Notes under the pieces: generated by a model
Database searches by the model: none
The model's input: the letters and a program-made list of their open reading frames with translations, nothing else
Told to the model about the DNA's origin: nothing
In this document: piece by piece, positions 36,450 through 48,469 of the stretch
Numbering within the stretch: the first letter of the stretch is position 1
Layout of the letters: each line of letters begins with the position of its first letter
Assembly (NCBI RefSeq): GCF_004010195.1
Contig: NC_057720.1
Span: forward strand, 18,862,538 to 18,926,537
Direction of reading: 5' to 3'
From: Chiloscyllium plagiosum
Taxonomy: Eukaryota
Length of the DNA stretch: 64,000 nucleotides
Program-made: the position numbers and the translations under genes

Positions 36450-38520
36450 GGTGGTACATGGCTCAGTGGTTAGCACTGCTGCCTCTCAACACCAGTGACC
36501 CAGATTCAATTCCACTCTTGGGCAACTGCCTTGTGTGTTTGACTCAGTTTGCACATTCTCCCCGTGACTGCATGAGTTTCCTCTGAATGCTCTGATTTCC
36601 TCCCACAATCCCAACGATGTGCATTTTAGATTGATTAGAGACCCAGGCAGACAGTCGGTAACTATAGCAGGATTGAATGACATCACAGGTTCTAAAAAGA
36701 GACAACGCAAGATAGCAGACGATGACACATCCCTCCCAGATCGTCTCAATGCCTTCTTATGCTTGCTATGAACTGAATTTTGGCAGAGAGGTAACACCTA
36801 TTCCGACAAGTCCTGACGAACTTATCCCAACAGTCACTGCATCAGAAGTCAGATCAGGTCTTCTTTGTGTGAATCCAGGGAAAGCAATGGGACCAGAAGG
36901 AGCACCAGGTCGTGCACTCAGAGCATGCGCAGATCAACTGGCAGAGGTCTTCTCGGAAATCTTCAACCTCTCCTTGCAGCAGGCCCCTGTCCCTGCCTGT
37001 TTCAAGAGGGCCAACATCGTCCCTGTGCCTAAGAAGGTTCATGCAGCATGTCTCAATGACTACCATCCTAATGTTAGTGGTCATGAAGTGCTTTGAAAGG
37101 CTGGTCATGGCATTAATCAACTCCAGCCTCCCTACTATTCTTGACCCACTCCAATTTGCCTATCGGACCAATAGATCCACATCAGATGCCACATCACTTG
37201 CCCTTCACTCCTTCCTCAAACATCTTGACTCCAAGAACAGCTATGTAAGAATTCTACTCATTGACCAGTTCAGCCTTCAACGCTATTATCCCCTGGAGAC
37301 TGATTACTAAAATTAATGATCTTGGACTAAGCCCCACTCTCTGCAACTGGATCCTCAGGTTCCTGTCCCACAGGCCACAATCAGTGAAGATGGGGGACAA
37401 TATTTCAACTAACACTCAACACTGGAGCCCCCCAGGGGTGTGTACTCAGCCCCCTACTGTGCTCACTGTATGCCCATGACTGTGTCACCAAATGCCAGAC
37501 TAATGCAATTTACAAGTTTGTTGATGACATCACCATAGTCGGTCGAATCTCAGATGGCACCGAAACAGACTAAAGACCGGGAAAAATAGTGCACTGGGAA
37601 CAAACTAACTCTCAATGCCAGCAAAACCAAAGAACTCATTATTGACTTTCAGCGGGATGTTACTCATGCCCCCCTACACATTAACAGTGCAGAGGTGGAA
37701 CGAATGGAAAGTATCAAACTCCTGGGAGTGTCATCCACAACAAGCTCTCTTGGTCTCTTCAAGTGGATGCACTGGTTACAAAGGCCCAACAACATCCCTT
37801 CTTCCTCAGGCAGCTGAGGAAATTTGGCATGACGGCGAATACTCTTGCCAACTTTTATAGGTGCGCCATCGAGAGCATTCTGTCTGGATGTATCACTACC
37901 TGGTATGGCAACTGTACTAACCAAGTTTGGAGATAGTTATAGAGAGTGGTGAACATGGCCTGGTCCATCACAAAGGCCAACTTCCCATCTATAGAATCCA
38001 TCTACCAGGCCCGCTGTCAAGGAAAGGCCACCAGCATTCTCAAAGATCCATCCCACCCTGGCAATACATTTCTACAACCTCTACCATTGGGGAGAAGGTA
38101 CGGAAGCCTGAACACAAGCACCAGCCGGTTTCACAACAGTTTCTACCCTACTGTTGTTAGAATACTGAATGGACTCACAAACCCTTCACATTTGCCTGTA
38201 TCTGTGTTTTGTTTTTGCTGCTGTTTACCTAATATTTACTTATCTATGCTACTTAACTCTGTGATTTGCCTGTATTGCTCGCAAGACAAAAGCTTTTTGT
38301 TGTGCCTTGGTACACGTGACAATAAATTCAATTCAATTCAACTGCCTATGCTAAATTGCCCACAGTGTCCAAGGTGTGTAGGTTAGGTGGATTTGCCATG
38401 GGAAATATAAGGTTACAGAGTAAGGGGAGGGAGTGGGTCTGGGTGGGATGGTCTTTGGAAGGTCAGTATGCACTTGGTGACCCGAATGACCTGCTTCTAC
38501 ACTGTAGGAATTTGATGATT
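36450..38520 (+). mobile_element. tRNA-SINE (HE1-like) split by a Rex1 insertion
   Basis: SINE head at 36450-36638; SINE body and tail resume at 38342-38520. Confidence 0.75.
36639..38341 (+). mobile_element. Rex1/Babar-clade LINE, 5'-truncated RT
   Basis: KAMGPEG..RALRACADQLAEVFSEIFNLSL..IVPVPKK; LDPLQFAYRTNRST; YKFVDD; ILKDPSHPG..RFHNSFYP; AATAAA plus (TTCAA)n tail. Confidence 0.9.
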
Positions 38521-39664
38521 TCTGTCCCTCCAGGCCACCTGAGACCTGAGTCCGAACCTCTGGCCCATAGGGCCCTTATTTGAAAGGCTTAATTGTCCAA
38601 TCCTTGGATCAAGGGCTGGGAAGAGGATGCTGGAGGTAGGGCTAGGATGCCTGAGATCTGGAATCTGGAGGTTTGGAATGACAGTGTTGAAGTCAGAGGC
38701 TCAGGGGCTAAGGTGGAGAGTCAGAAAGCTTCTGAGGAAGGTCAGAGGCCTGTCAGGAAGCAATAGTGGACTCAGAGATTTATAGGAGCTGAATCAGAGA
38801 CAGGGTGCAGAGTGTTAGGAATGGTTCTGGTTCGGTGATCAATCACAGCAGTTTCCTTACAAAGACAGGTAGATAGAAGAGAACTTATCTCCTCAATCCA
38901 ACAGTCCTTGTCTGGGTTTAGCTGCCAGGTTTCTGAGGTTAACCCTGCCACCCACAGCTAAATTTGAAATTGTGATCACAAATGAGACTCCCAGACACAT
39001 TGTGATTATTAAAATGCCAACCCACCTCCTTGAAACCAGGCAGCCACCCAGTTAAGTGGGTAGCTCAAGGGAATTCAAAACGTAGACAGTCAAACTTGAC
39101 AAAAAAGTTAGAGCTGTGCGCAAAGATGAAGTGTAACCCATGTTTAATTGCCCTCTGGTGGTGAGCTGCCTTCTTGAACCACGGCAAACCATTTGGTGGA
39201 GGTGGATCTGCAAGGGAAGGAGTTCTGAATGACCTGAAGGTAGTAAAAAGATGAAGATGCTAAAGAGTTTGAATCACTGCAGATTTCAAAGGGTTCTGCC
39301 ATGCTCTGTCACAAACCTTACCTACTATGTTGCCATGGAATGAGGCGATCAATTTGAAGAGCCTTGGAGAGCAGCCAATTATCTCCAGCAACTTAAATGA
39401 CTTGCCATTGTTCACATAATCCAATGCCCTGGAGAGAACAGTTAAGGAACTATATCATGGTCTCCTTAGTTCACAACATTTCTCTTGTAGCTGCCACTAT
39501 AAAGGATCATGTTCAGTTGCAAATCTTCCAGTTTTGAAACCATCCTGGGATACAGGGTAGATGTGTTGAGCCAGGAGTTTCTATGTGGCATGGGTGAGTT
39601 ATTGTGTCATGCTGTTCAACACTGAGAATCACTGGTAGTTGCTGGAATCACTGCGGTCACCCTT

Positions 39665-39982
39665 GTTTAGATTAGATCAGATTCCATACAGTGCGGAAAT
39701 AGGCCCTTTGGCTCAACAAGTCCATACGGACCCTCCGAAGAGTAACCCACCCACACCCATTCACCTATTCCCTTACTAATGCACCTATCACTATGAGCAA
39801 TTTAGCATGGCCAATTCACCTGGCCTGCACATCTTTGGACAGTGGGAGGAAACCGGAGCAAACCCACGCAGACAAGGGGAGAATATGCAAACTCCATGCA
39901 GACAGTGACCCAAGGCTGGAATTGAACTCATGTCCCTGGCACTGTGAGGCAGCTGTGCTAACCACTGAGCCACTGTGCCGCC
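39665..39982 (-). mobile_element. tRNA-derived SINE (HE1-like)
   Basis: Homologous to the other copies. Confidence 0.85.
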
Positions 39983-40185
39983 ATCTTGTACAGGTAAAAT
40001 TTTTGTATCATACATATCCAGGAGCACTGCCCCCTCTCTCCAAAAGTTTGTGCAGATGCTGCAGGTTTCTCATTCCTGCTGAGTCCAGATGTACAGCATC
40101 AGCAAACAGGAGCTTTGCCCATGGCAAGTTGGTCAATAGTTACACGCAGCTCTAACACTGTGGGTTTGCCACCTGTCATGCCAGG

Positions 40186-40372
40186 CGAAAGTGAGGACTG
40201 CAGGTGCTGGAGATTAGAGTCAAGATTAGAGTGGTGCTGGAAAAGCACAGCAGGTCAGGCAGCATCCGAGGAGCAGGAAAATCGACGTTTCGGGCAAAAG
40301 CCCTTCATCAGGAATGAATCCTCGGATGCTGGCTGCATTGCTGTGCTTTTCCAGCACCACTTTAATCTGTCT
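40186..40372. mobile_element. Penelope pseudo-LTR with inverted partial copy
   Basis: Minus-strand pLTR (hammerhead core 40284-40311) followed by an inverted piece at ~40320-40372. Confidence 0.75.
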
Positions 40373-42372
40373 TGTCAGACAGCCTCTCTGTGGTGACCTC
40401 CATGGTGCTCTCTGTAAAGCAGAAGGCAAGGCTAGAGATCCCTCCAACTGTTTGTTGCATTTGGTGATGATCTCCTGTGACTTTGTTTTCAAGGGATGGA
40501 GCTCTTACCTTTTTGATCTCTCCATAAGTGCCCTTTGCATTCTGTGTCTTAAAAGACAACTGGAATTTTGGGCAAGCTTTTAGCCAGAAACTATTGATGC
40601 AACAATTTGCTGGGCTTTACTCTGATCAACTCTCAGTGCAGCTCGGAGATGAGGAATCCTCCAGTCAGTTCCTGACTCCCCAGAGCCTATCCAGTGATAC
40701 CCATCTCCTATGAATGAATAATACAATAAAAAAAGGCAGTCATACTTTATGACCACACCTGCATTACAATCACCCACTCGATAAAAATGCTCTGAGATAG
40801 GGAATCAGATTTTTCCTTTGTACTGGAGAACAGTATCATAGTACAGATGCTCATGAAGCTAACAGTGCTGTTAGTGTTGAGAAATTGATGGAGAGCACAG
40901 GTTCTGAATTGTTTATGGGAATTTCTATCAGTGAGAGTATTGAACTCCACTCAGTCAGGCCTACACCCAGCTCACAAGTTTCCCCTGAAGTCTTCCCCTG
41001 CCAGATCAATGTGTAATGTTTGTTTTCCAGTGATCCACTCTCAGATCTTGTAGAGAAGCTACGTCAATGTTCAGTCTACCAAGTTCAGCAATGATCACTG
41101 TTGTCGTATTATTCAGCCATGATGTGGAGGTGCTGGTGTTGGACTGGAGTGGACAAGGTCAAACGTCAGACAACATCAGATTATAGCCCAACAGGTTTAT
41201 TTGAAATCAGAAGCTTTCAGAATATTGCCTTTTCATCAGGTGAGGTTCACACGGAAAGCTTCTGATTTCAAATAAACTTGTTAGACTATAATCTGACTTT
41301 TGACAATATTCAGCAGCTGACCAAATTCAAGGTATCTATCAATCCTGTGTACCTAGCCCTGACATTCCAGTTTGCCATACATTGGCATTTTGTCTTTTTT
41401 GCTTGTTTGCCTCGTGAATTGGATTCTGCCCATTTGTTGAGCAGATACTCTCAGTTGGAGTGACTTCTCCAGGTGAAAGCTTGGGCAAGATTTTTGGAGA
41501 CCCTGGGTGCTCAGACCTCACTTGCCTCTCTTGACCTCTCGAGTTGAGTCCAAAGGAATACAAAGCACAGTGTTCAGCATCGGCTTGGTTGCAGGCTTTG
41601 TTGAAAAGTTGACATATCACAGTTTCATCCTTGCGCTCAGCTCCAACTTTTTTGGCAGATTTGAAACTTTAATATTTAGTTCTCCCATGAATCACATTTG
41701 TATTTCCCATTTTGAATTTAACTAGTTGGGAGGTAGGGTTTAACATTCGAAAGGATTCTTGGTTTGAGGAAATGAATTCCTCTCTATCTGCCTGCCGGGT
41801 CCATTGTGCCTGAGTAAGGAAGCTGCTGTGATTGATTACCTGCCCAGAACCATTCCTGCTAATGAATCCCCAGTCTCTGATTCACCTCAAACATACCCAA
41901 GTGCACCCTATTACCCTCTTCCAGGTCTCTGACCTTGCCCAGTAGCTCCCTAATACACCACCTGAACGCCCCAACTCTCAGCCTCCAACCATTTTAACAG
42001 CCCTCAGGCCTTCAATTTCTTAGCCCCATTCCCAGCCTCCTAGCAAAATCTCCTGGATCCAAGGATTAGACTACACCCACCTAACGTGCGATTAGACAGC
42101 CAACTAGGTCTTGAAAATCAATTACCCCAACTCAGAATCAGCCATTCCAACCAGGATTGACCCCCAAAGATTTGAAATCACCCATTACCCCAAGATTGAA
42201 TACCTCTCTTGTGAGTGACACTTTCATCAACTATAGTGTGGCTACCATAGCAGGTCAGAGATTAGCAATCCTGCAGTAAGGGCTCCCCAAAGCCTGTCCA
42301 TCACCTACAAGGCACAAATCAGGAGTGTGATTGAAATCTCCCCACTTGCCCCGATGGGTGTGTCTGCAATAA

Positions 42373-42757
42373 CACTGCTGTTCCCATTTCTGTGATCAGA
42401 GGGATAATCTCTGAAACAGATGGCCAATAAAGGATTCCACTGATATAAACCATCCCAATCCCTATCCCCATCACATGCCTCTGATGGGACAGGTAAGTAA
42501 AAATCCAACCCAAGATTTCAGATGAAAGGTCACTGACCCAACATGTTAACAGGTTGCCCAGCATAGTTTTTGTTTTAATTCCAAATTTCCAACCTCTGCT
42601 GTATTTTGCTTTTGAACTTGCATTAGCATACGCATTATCAAAGAATTTTGTTCCATATCATTGCCTGCGATGCTTTCTAATGTGCTTAGTTTGTCAAAGC
42701 TATCCTTTACTGGCCATCTGTTTCAGAGATTATCCCTCTGATCACGGAAATAGGAAC
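42373..42757. repeat. Templated copy of the rdh8 proximal upstream region (inverted 63 bp + direct ~325 bp)
   Basis: 42433-42757 matches 43339-43662; 42373-42435 is the reverse complement of 43607-43669. Confidence 0.9.
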
Positions 42758-43766
42758 TATCCAGGACAAAGCAGCCTATTTTATTGGGACCACACCCACA
42801 AGTATCCACTGCCTCCAACACCAAAGCTCAGCAGCAGCAGTGTGTACAATCTACAAAATGCACTGCAGATATCTGCCAAATATCCTCAGACAACGCCTTC
42901 ATGACCACTTTCATCTTAAAGGGCAAAGGCAACAGACACATGGGAACACCACCATTCGCAAGTTCCCCTCCAAGTCACTCACCATCCTGACCGAGAAATA
43001 CTTCGCTGTTCTTTCACTGTCGCTGGGTAAAAATCCTGGAATTCCATCCGTAATGGCATTGTGGGTCAACCCACAGCAGGTGGACTGCAGTGGTTCAAGA
43101 AGGCAGCTCATCACCACCTTCTCAAGGGCAACTAGGGATGGGCAATAAATGGTGGCCAGCTAGAGATGTCCACATCCAATGAGAGATTATAAAAAATTAT
43201 GGCCCTACCTGTCCTTATGGTCCCCTCAGAAATGTTCCCCATCCAAGTGAATGCCAAGTCTGTCACCCAGATTGGTATCAATGTAGGGAACTTGATAACA
43301 CATCTCGCAATTGAAACCCTGGCTTCTGGCTTCCTTCTGATTCCACTGATATAAACCACCCCCAGCCCCATCTCCATCCCATGCCTCCGATGGGACAGTT
43401 AAGTTAAAATCCAACCCAAGATTTCAGATGAAAGGTCACTGACCCAACATGTTAACAGGTTGCCCAGCATAGTTTTTTTTTAATTCCAAATTTCCAACCT
43501 CTGCTGTATTTTGCTTTTGAACTTGCATTAGCATACGCACTATCAAAGAATTTTGTTCCATATCATTGCCTGCGATGCTTTCTAATGTGCTTAGTTTGTC
43601 AAAGCTATCCTTTACTGGCCATCTGTTTCAGAGATTATCCCTCTGATCACGGAAATGGGAACAGCAGTGAGTACTGCGTCAGGCTCACTGGAGATAAAGT
43701 GGCCTCCGGGGTGACTCATACCTGGATAATTTCTCTTCCCTTCGGACAGGAAACACAACTCACAGA

Positions 43767-43863
43767 ATGGCTCAAAAAACTGTCTTGATTACTGGCTGTT
43801 CCTCAGGAATTGGCTTGGCCATAGCCTCTAAACTGGCCAACGATGATAAGAAAAGATTTATGG
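43767..43863 (+). CDS. rdh8: Retinol dehydrogenase 8-like SDR, coding exon 1
   Basis: MAQKTVLITGCSSGIGLAIASKLANDDKKRFM (TGxxxGxG motif); donor gtgagt, phase 1. Confidence 0.93.
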
Positions 43864-44754
43864 GTGAGTTTCAAGCATAAAGGTTTGTCTCTCAGAGAGA
43901 CAGATACAATATTATGAATGGAAAACAGGGAGTAGGAGAGATACAAACGAACTTAAAAATATTTAGCCTGAGCAGGAGTAGAAAGAGGGACAGAAAGAGA
44001 TTGGATAATGTCACAGGATGCCATGTGGTAGAGTAATAGAGACAAGAATAGAGAGAATGTTAGTGTGGAATGGTTGAAAATATAAATAAGTTGGAGAAAG
44101 AGCTAGGAAAAGATTGGTAAGCAGGATAGAGTAAAGAGAGTGTGAAGGGGAGGGATGTGAGCAAAAATAGAAGAGTGAGTACATGCAGAGAGAAGTGGGA
44201 TAAAGTGAAGGGCAAGGCAGAGGGAAAGGAACAGAGCTCAAAGCAGCGACTGGGATTATGAAGTTGAGCAGGAATTGAGTGTGCAAGGTTGAAGGTTCCA
44301 TTACAACATGGAAAAAGTATAAAGTATCTGAAGTTACTTACTTGGATTCTCTCAGATACATTTGAAAATATGTTCACACCCACTGGAGTACAAAATGAAA
44401 AACAATACATGATGCTATCATTCAGGCTGATTTACATTGTATGTGGCAGTGTGAGGAAATAATAGGGAAGGAATGCAAATCTCTGATTGTTGGCCATTTA
44501 TAATGATGTATTAGCCTGAATGTACTCAGCAGACAGTCAATTCAAGCTGCAAATACAGTCAAGGAAATGATTACAGGAAATTGTTTGCATTTCTGAGACA
44601 TCATAATCTTGACAAGCCATCACTTTTAGTGTTAAAAGTATTAAACGTGCTGGAAAAGTTTTGGTAGTTGAGTTTTTTTAGAGCTTTGTCTAATGAGGAA
44701 TCTGAGACCTGTACCTGCTATTTGTATTTTTATTATTTGTAAATCCATTTGCAG

Positions 44755-44916
44755 TCTATGCCACGATGAGGAATCTGGGTAAGAGACAAGATCTTGTGGA
44801 TACTGCCGGAAGTTCACTGGGCAAAACACTGGAGATTAAACAATTAGATGTTTGTTGCGAAAAGTCAATCCGTGACTGTATTAGCAGTATTCCCAACAGG
44901 AAAGTCGATATACTTG
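44755..44916 (+). CDS. rdh8: RDH8-like, coding exon 2
   Basis: tttgcag acceptor; (V)YATMRNLGKRQDLVDTAGSSLGKTLEIKQLDVCCEKSIRDCISSIPNRKVDIL; donor gtaagg; 162 nt, phase 1-1. Confidence 0.93.
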
Positions 44917-47900
44917 GTAAGGACATCTAGTCTTAAAATGATTCGGAAATAATTTGTTGGACTGGATGTGAAGAAAGTTAACTCAATATAGAATTCAGGA
45001 GAAAGTTACTTTCTCATTAAGCTTTTAGAGTGTGGAAATTGCAAGTACAATTCTGCAGCTGATGCCTACAATGCCTCATGCCCAGATTTGAACTGCGAGA
45101 TCTGTTTCTATCTCATTTAATGCAGCTGTAGGGCCACACAACATGATGGAGAGTGTTTGCAGTGTGAAGATGGGACATCTTGCTTATTGGTCACTCCTCC
45201 CAATACTGTTATAGATGAATGCACTTGTGCCAGGTAGATTGGCAATGGCATGGTCAAGCAGATTCGTCCCTCAAGTTTATTCGCTCACCACATGCAATGG
45301 TCCAGATAAGCAGCTTTAGAATTGGTCAACTCCATCTGTTGTAAAGCCATCAAGATACTCTTGGTAGTAAATGGGAAGTCCCAGCCACAGTACATTGGGC
45401 AGAATTAAACTGCCGCCACTGGAATGAGGACAGTGGCAGTGTGGGTGGAGAGAATTGGCTGGGAGTACCACATTGAATTCCCAGTGTCAGGGAAGCTGTC
45501 ACTTGTTAAAATGGCACTGACCTGGAGATTAACTGTGAGCTGGACTGCCCTCCCACACTGACGGAAGACTGTCCAAAATACTCTGTCAGTTTGTCAGTGG
45601 TCTCTTGGAGTATGGGGAAAAGGTGTTATTCCTCATTGACAGGCAGTCAGTGCCTGATTGAGAACTCAACATTGGGCGTGAAGGTTCAACCCATGTCTGA
45701 GCCTCCAACTCCCTCTGTGACTCTTCTCTCCTGCTCCCTGTGAAATGTATCCTGCCTTCATTCACCTTTGGTCTGATACTTCATCGATCCTAATGCTCTG
45801 GTGAGTGCATTATCAGCAGCCACCACTGTTGTGTCCCATGCTGAGGTGGATGCTGTGTGGGTTTATTCTAGCCCTCATTCAGAGGGATGTTCAGGATTAA
45901 TTGCTACTTGCTTGTAATCGCTTTCAAGCCAGTCGGGTTACAAATGTCAGATTTCCTTCCCTAAAGGACATTAGTAAACCAGCTGAGGCTTTACAACAAT
46001 GCTAGTTTCCATTAACGATGAGATTTTCATTCCAGATTCATGATTTAATTACATTAAAGTTGCCCAAATGGTGGGGTTGTGAGATTTGTCTCTGGACCAT
46101 TAGTCGAATGACACTACCACAATACTAGTGTTCTCAGTGCCATTTACTGATCTTGCTTCTATCTCCCTTGGTACCTCTACATAAAAGAATTCAATTGGTT
46201 TCCATTTCAAAAATGTCAACTGACCTAAGCCTCAAAAGGTTTTGCAGAGGTCAAAAATTCCCTTCTCTGTTGAAATTGTCAGACAGCTTATCCAAGGTCT
46301 GGTACTGGGCGACCAGAAATATCCTTCAATTATATATTGGAAAACAATTATTATTTCCTTCAGTCTTTACCACAAAATGCTGCCCACCCTGCAGCTTTTG
46401 GCCACGTCTGCATCATCAGTGAGACCATCTATTTCCCCAGTGCAACATCAGTGACCCTCTCTTCACCTCAGTTCACCTGCTGTAGAAACTGTTCTGCATG
46501 TCTTTGTTACGTTTACTCTATTTCAACACATTCTGCCAATCTCTTCCCCTTGGGTAAATTTGAGGTGATTTGTAACTTTGCCAGCTATGTTGTAGGTTGT
46601 ATTGTTCAGCCAGCACTCTCTGTCACTTTATTCATACTGAATCCAAGAGACGCATTGCTGCAATTTAAAATTCTCAAACTGTTATTTCTAAATCCCCTAC
46701 ATGGCTTTACTCCTCCCCATTTCTGTAATCTCTTCCAATCCTTCTGTTATAGATGAATGCACTTCCGCTCCTTTAACTCAACTGCAGTTTCTCTACCACT
46801 GAAAGGGCCTGTCTGCACCCTTTCATCTGAACCAGCCAAAATAAATTGATTGAAGTGATTGTCTTGTTACTTAAACAATGGTGAAAACCACAGTGAACTT
46901 TTAACATTAACTTCAAACTGCAGCCTTGTTTGTCCCAGAGTTTCCTTTCCTTTAATCAAATCCTCATAATTCCCTTAAATAATGTTAGAATTTCCACACA
47001 TTTATCACCTTTGACAACTTACTTAAAAGACATTTGTTACTGAAATTTCTAAACAATATTTTATCTCTTCTGTGGATTTGCAATTGTGGTATGTGTTCTG
47101 AAATCTTAATTTTTTGTTTGTGTGACAGTAGATTTTCTGTCCTGAATTTGCACCTGCAGTGTTATATATTCAGAGCTGATGAATCTTATTCGACATTGGT
47201 CACATATTAATGACGGAAATGCCTACAGAGTGATATGAGGGCTGAAGGTATTAAATTATGACGATAGTTAGGATAGATTAGGTTTGGGTATGGTGGATTA
47301 AATGACGATCTAATTGACAGTTTAAGATGATTAGAGGATTTGATGCATACATGGTGCAGTTCACTCGGGGAATCTGCATTGTTGTGGCAGGATGCACTTT
47401 TACACAGAAACATGGAAAATAGTAGCTGGATTAGGCCATTCGGCCCTCCCACCCTGCTCCACCATTCAGTATATCATGGCTGATCATCCAACTCAGTATG
47501 CTATTCTCCCGTACTGATACTCCAACTCAGTATGTCACCAGAACATGACCTAGGTCTCTGGATTAATAGTCTGGCAAAAGTACCACTCGGCCATTTGCCT
47601 ACCCAATGGACACAAATGGGTGTGACATGTGTCAAATAGGAGGCAGCTAAAGATACATTCTTGGGAGACACTTGAGTTAGTGGTGTAGTAAAGCCATTGC
47701 AAGTCACTCTGACTGTGAGGTGATAGATCAGAACCTCAGGTGAGACCAAACCCACCTGGTTGATTGCAGTGGAAAGGTGCTGGAGTAGGATGGCGTAGTA
47801 TATCAAAGGCACAAGGAAGGGTGTGAAGAATGAGGAGGAATAGTTTATCTTTGCCACAGTCACATAGGATGTCATTTATGACTTTGATAATAGGAGCTGT

Positions 47901-48469
47901 TTTAGTGGAGAAACTCAGCAGGTCTGGCTCTTCAAATCCTTCTGAAGAAGGATCACTGGACCCAAAATGTTAACTCTGCTTTCATGCCACAGATGCTGCC
48001 AGACCTGCTGAGTTTCTCCAGCAATTTCTGTTCTTTTCTTTTGGATTTCCAGTGCCTGCTGTTCTTTGTTTTATTTTTGAGTATTGTGACACAGGTGGAA
48101 AACTGATTGGAGGAGTTCAAACATGGATTTCTGGGAAAAGTGGGCATGGATTCAGAAATTGACAGTGTGTTCAGGACTTTGGAGAAGAAAGGGAAGTTGG
48201 ATTTGGAGTAATAGTTTGCAAAGAGTAAGGAGGTTCAGAATTACCTTCTAAAGGAGAGGACAATGAAGGCAGTTTCAAGGGGGAGTGAGAACCATTAAAA
48301 GTATTGGCTAACGTGGGAATTAGGATGGGATCTTGAACAGTCAGCAGATTAGTTGGAGCTGGATTCGGATCCCATGGACAAGCTGAGCTTTGAGAGAATG
48401 GCACTGACATGCAGGAGCAAGTAGAGAAAGGAACTATCACAGGGTTAGGACAGAGGATCCTTAAACAAA

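Noticed and set aside
43880..44320. Purine-rich tract in rdh8 intron 1 giving hydrophobic minus-strand ORFs
   Set aside because: Low-complexity GA-rich sequence; the ORFs are compositional artefacts.
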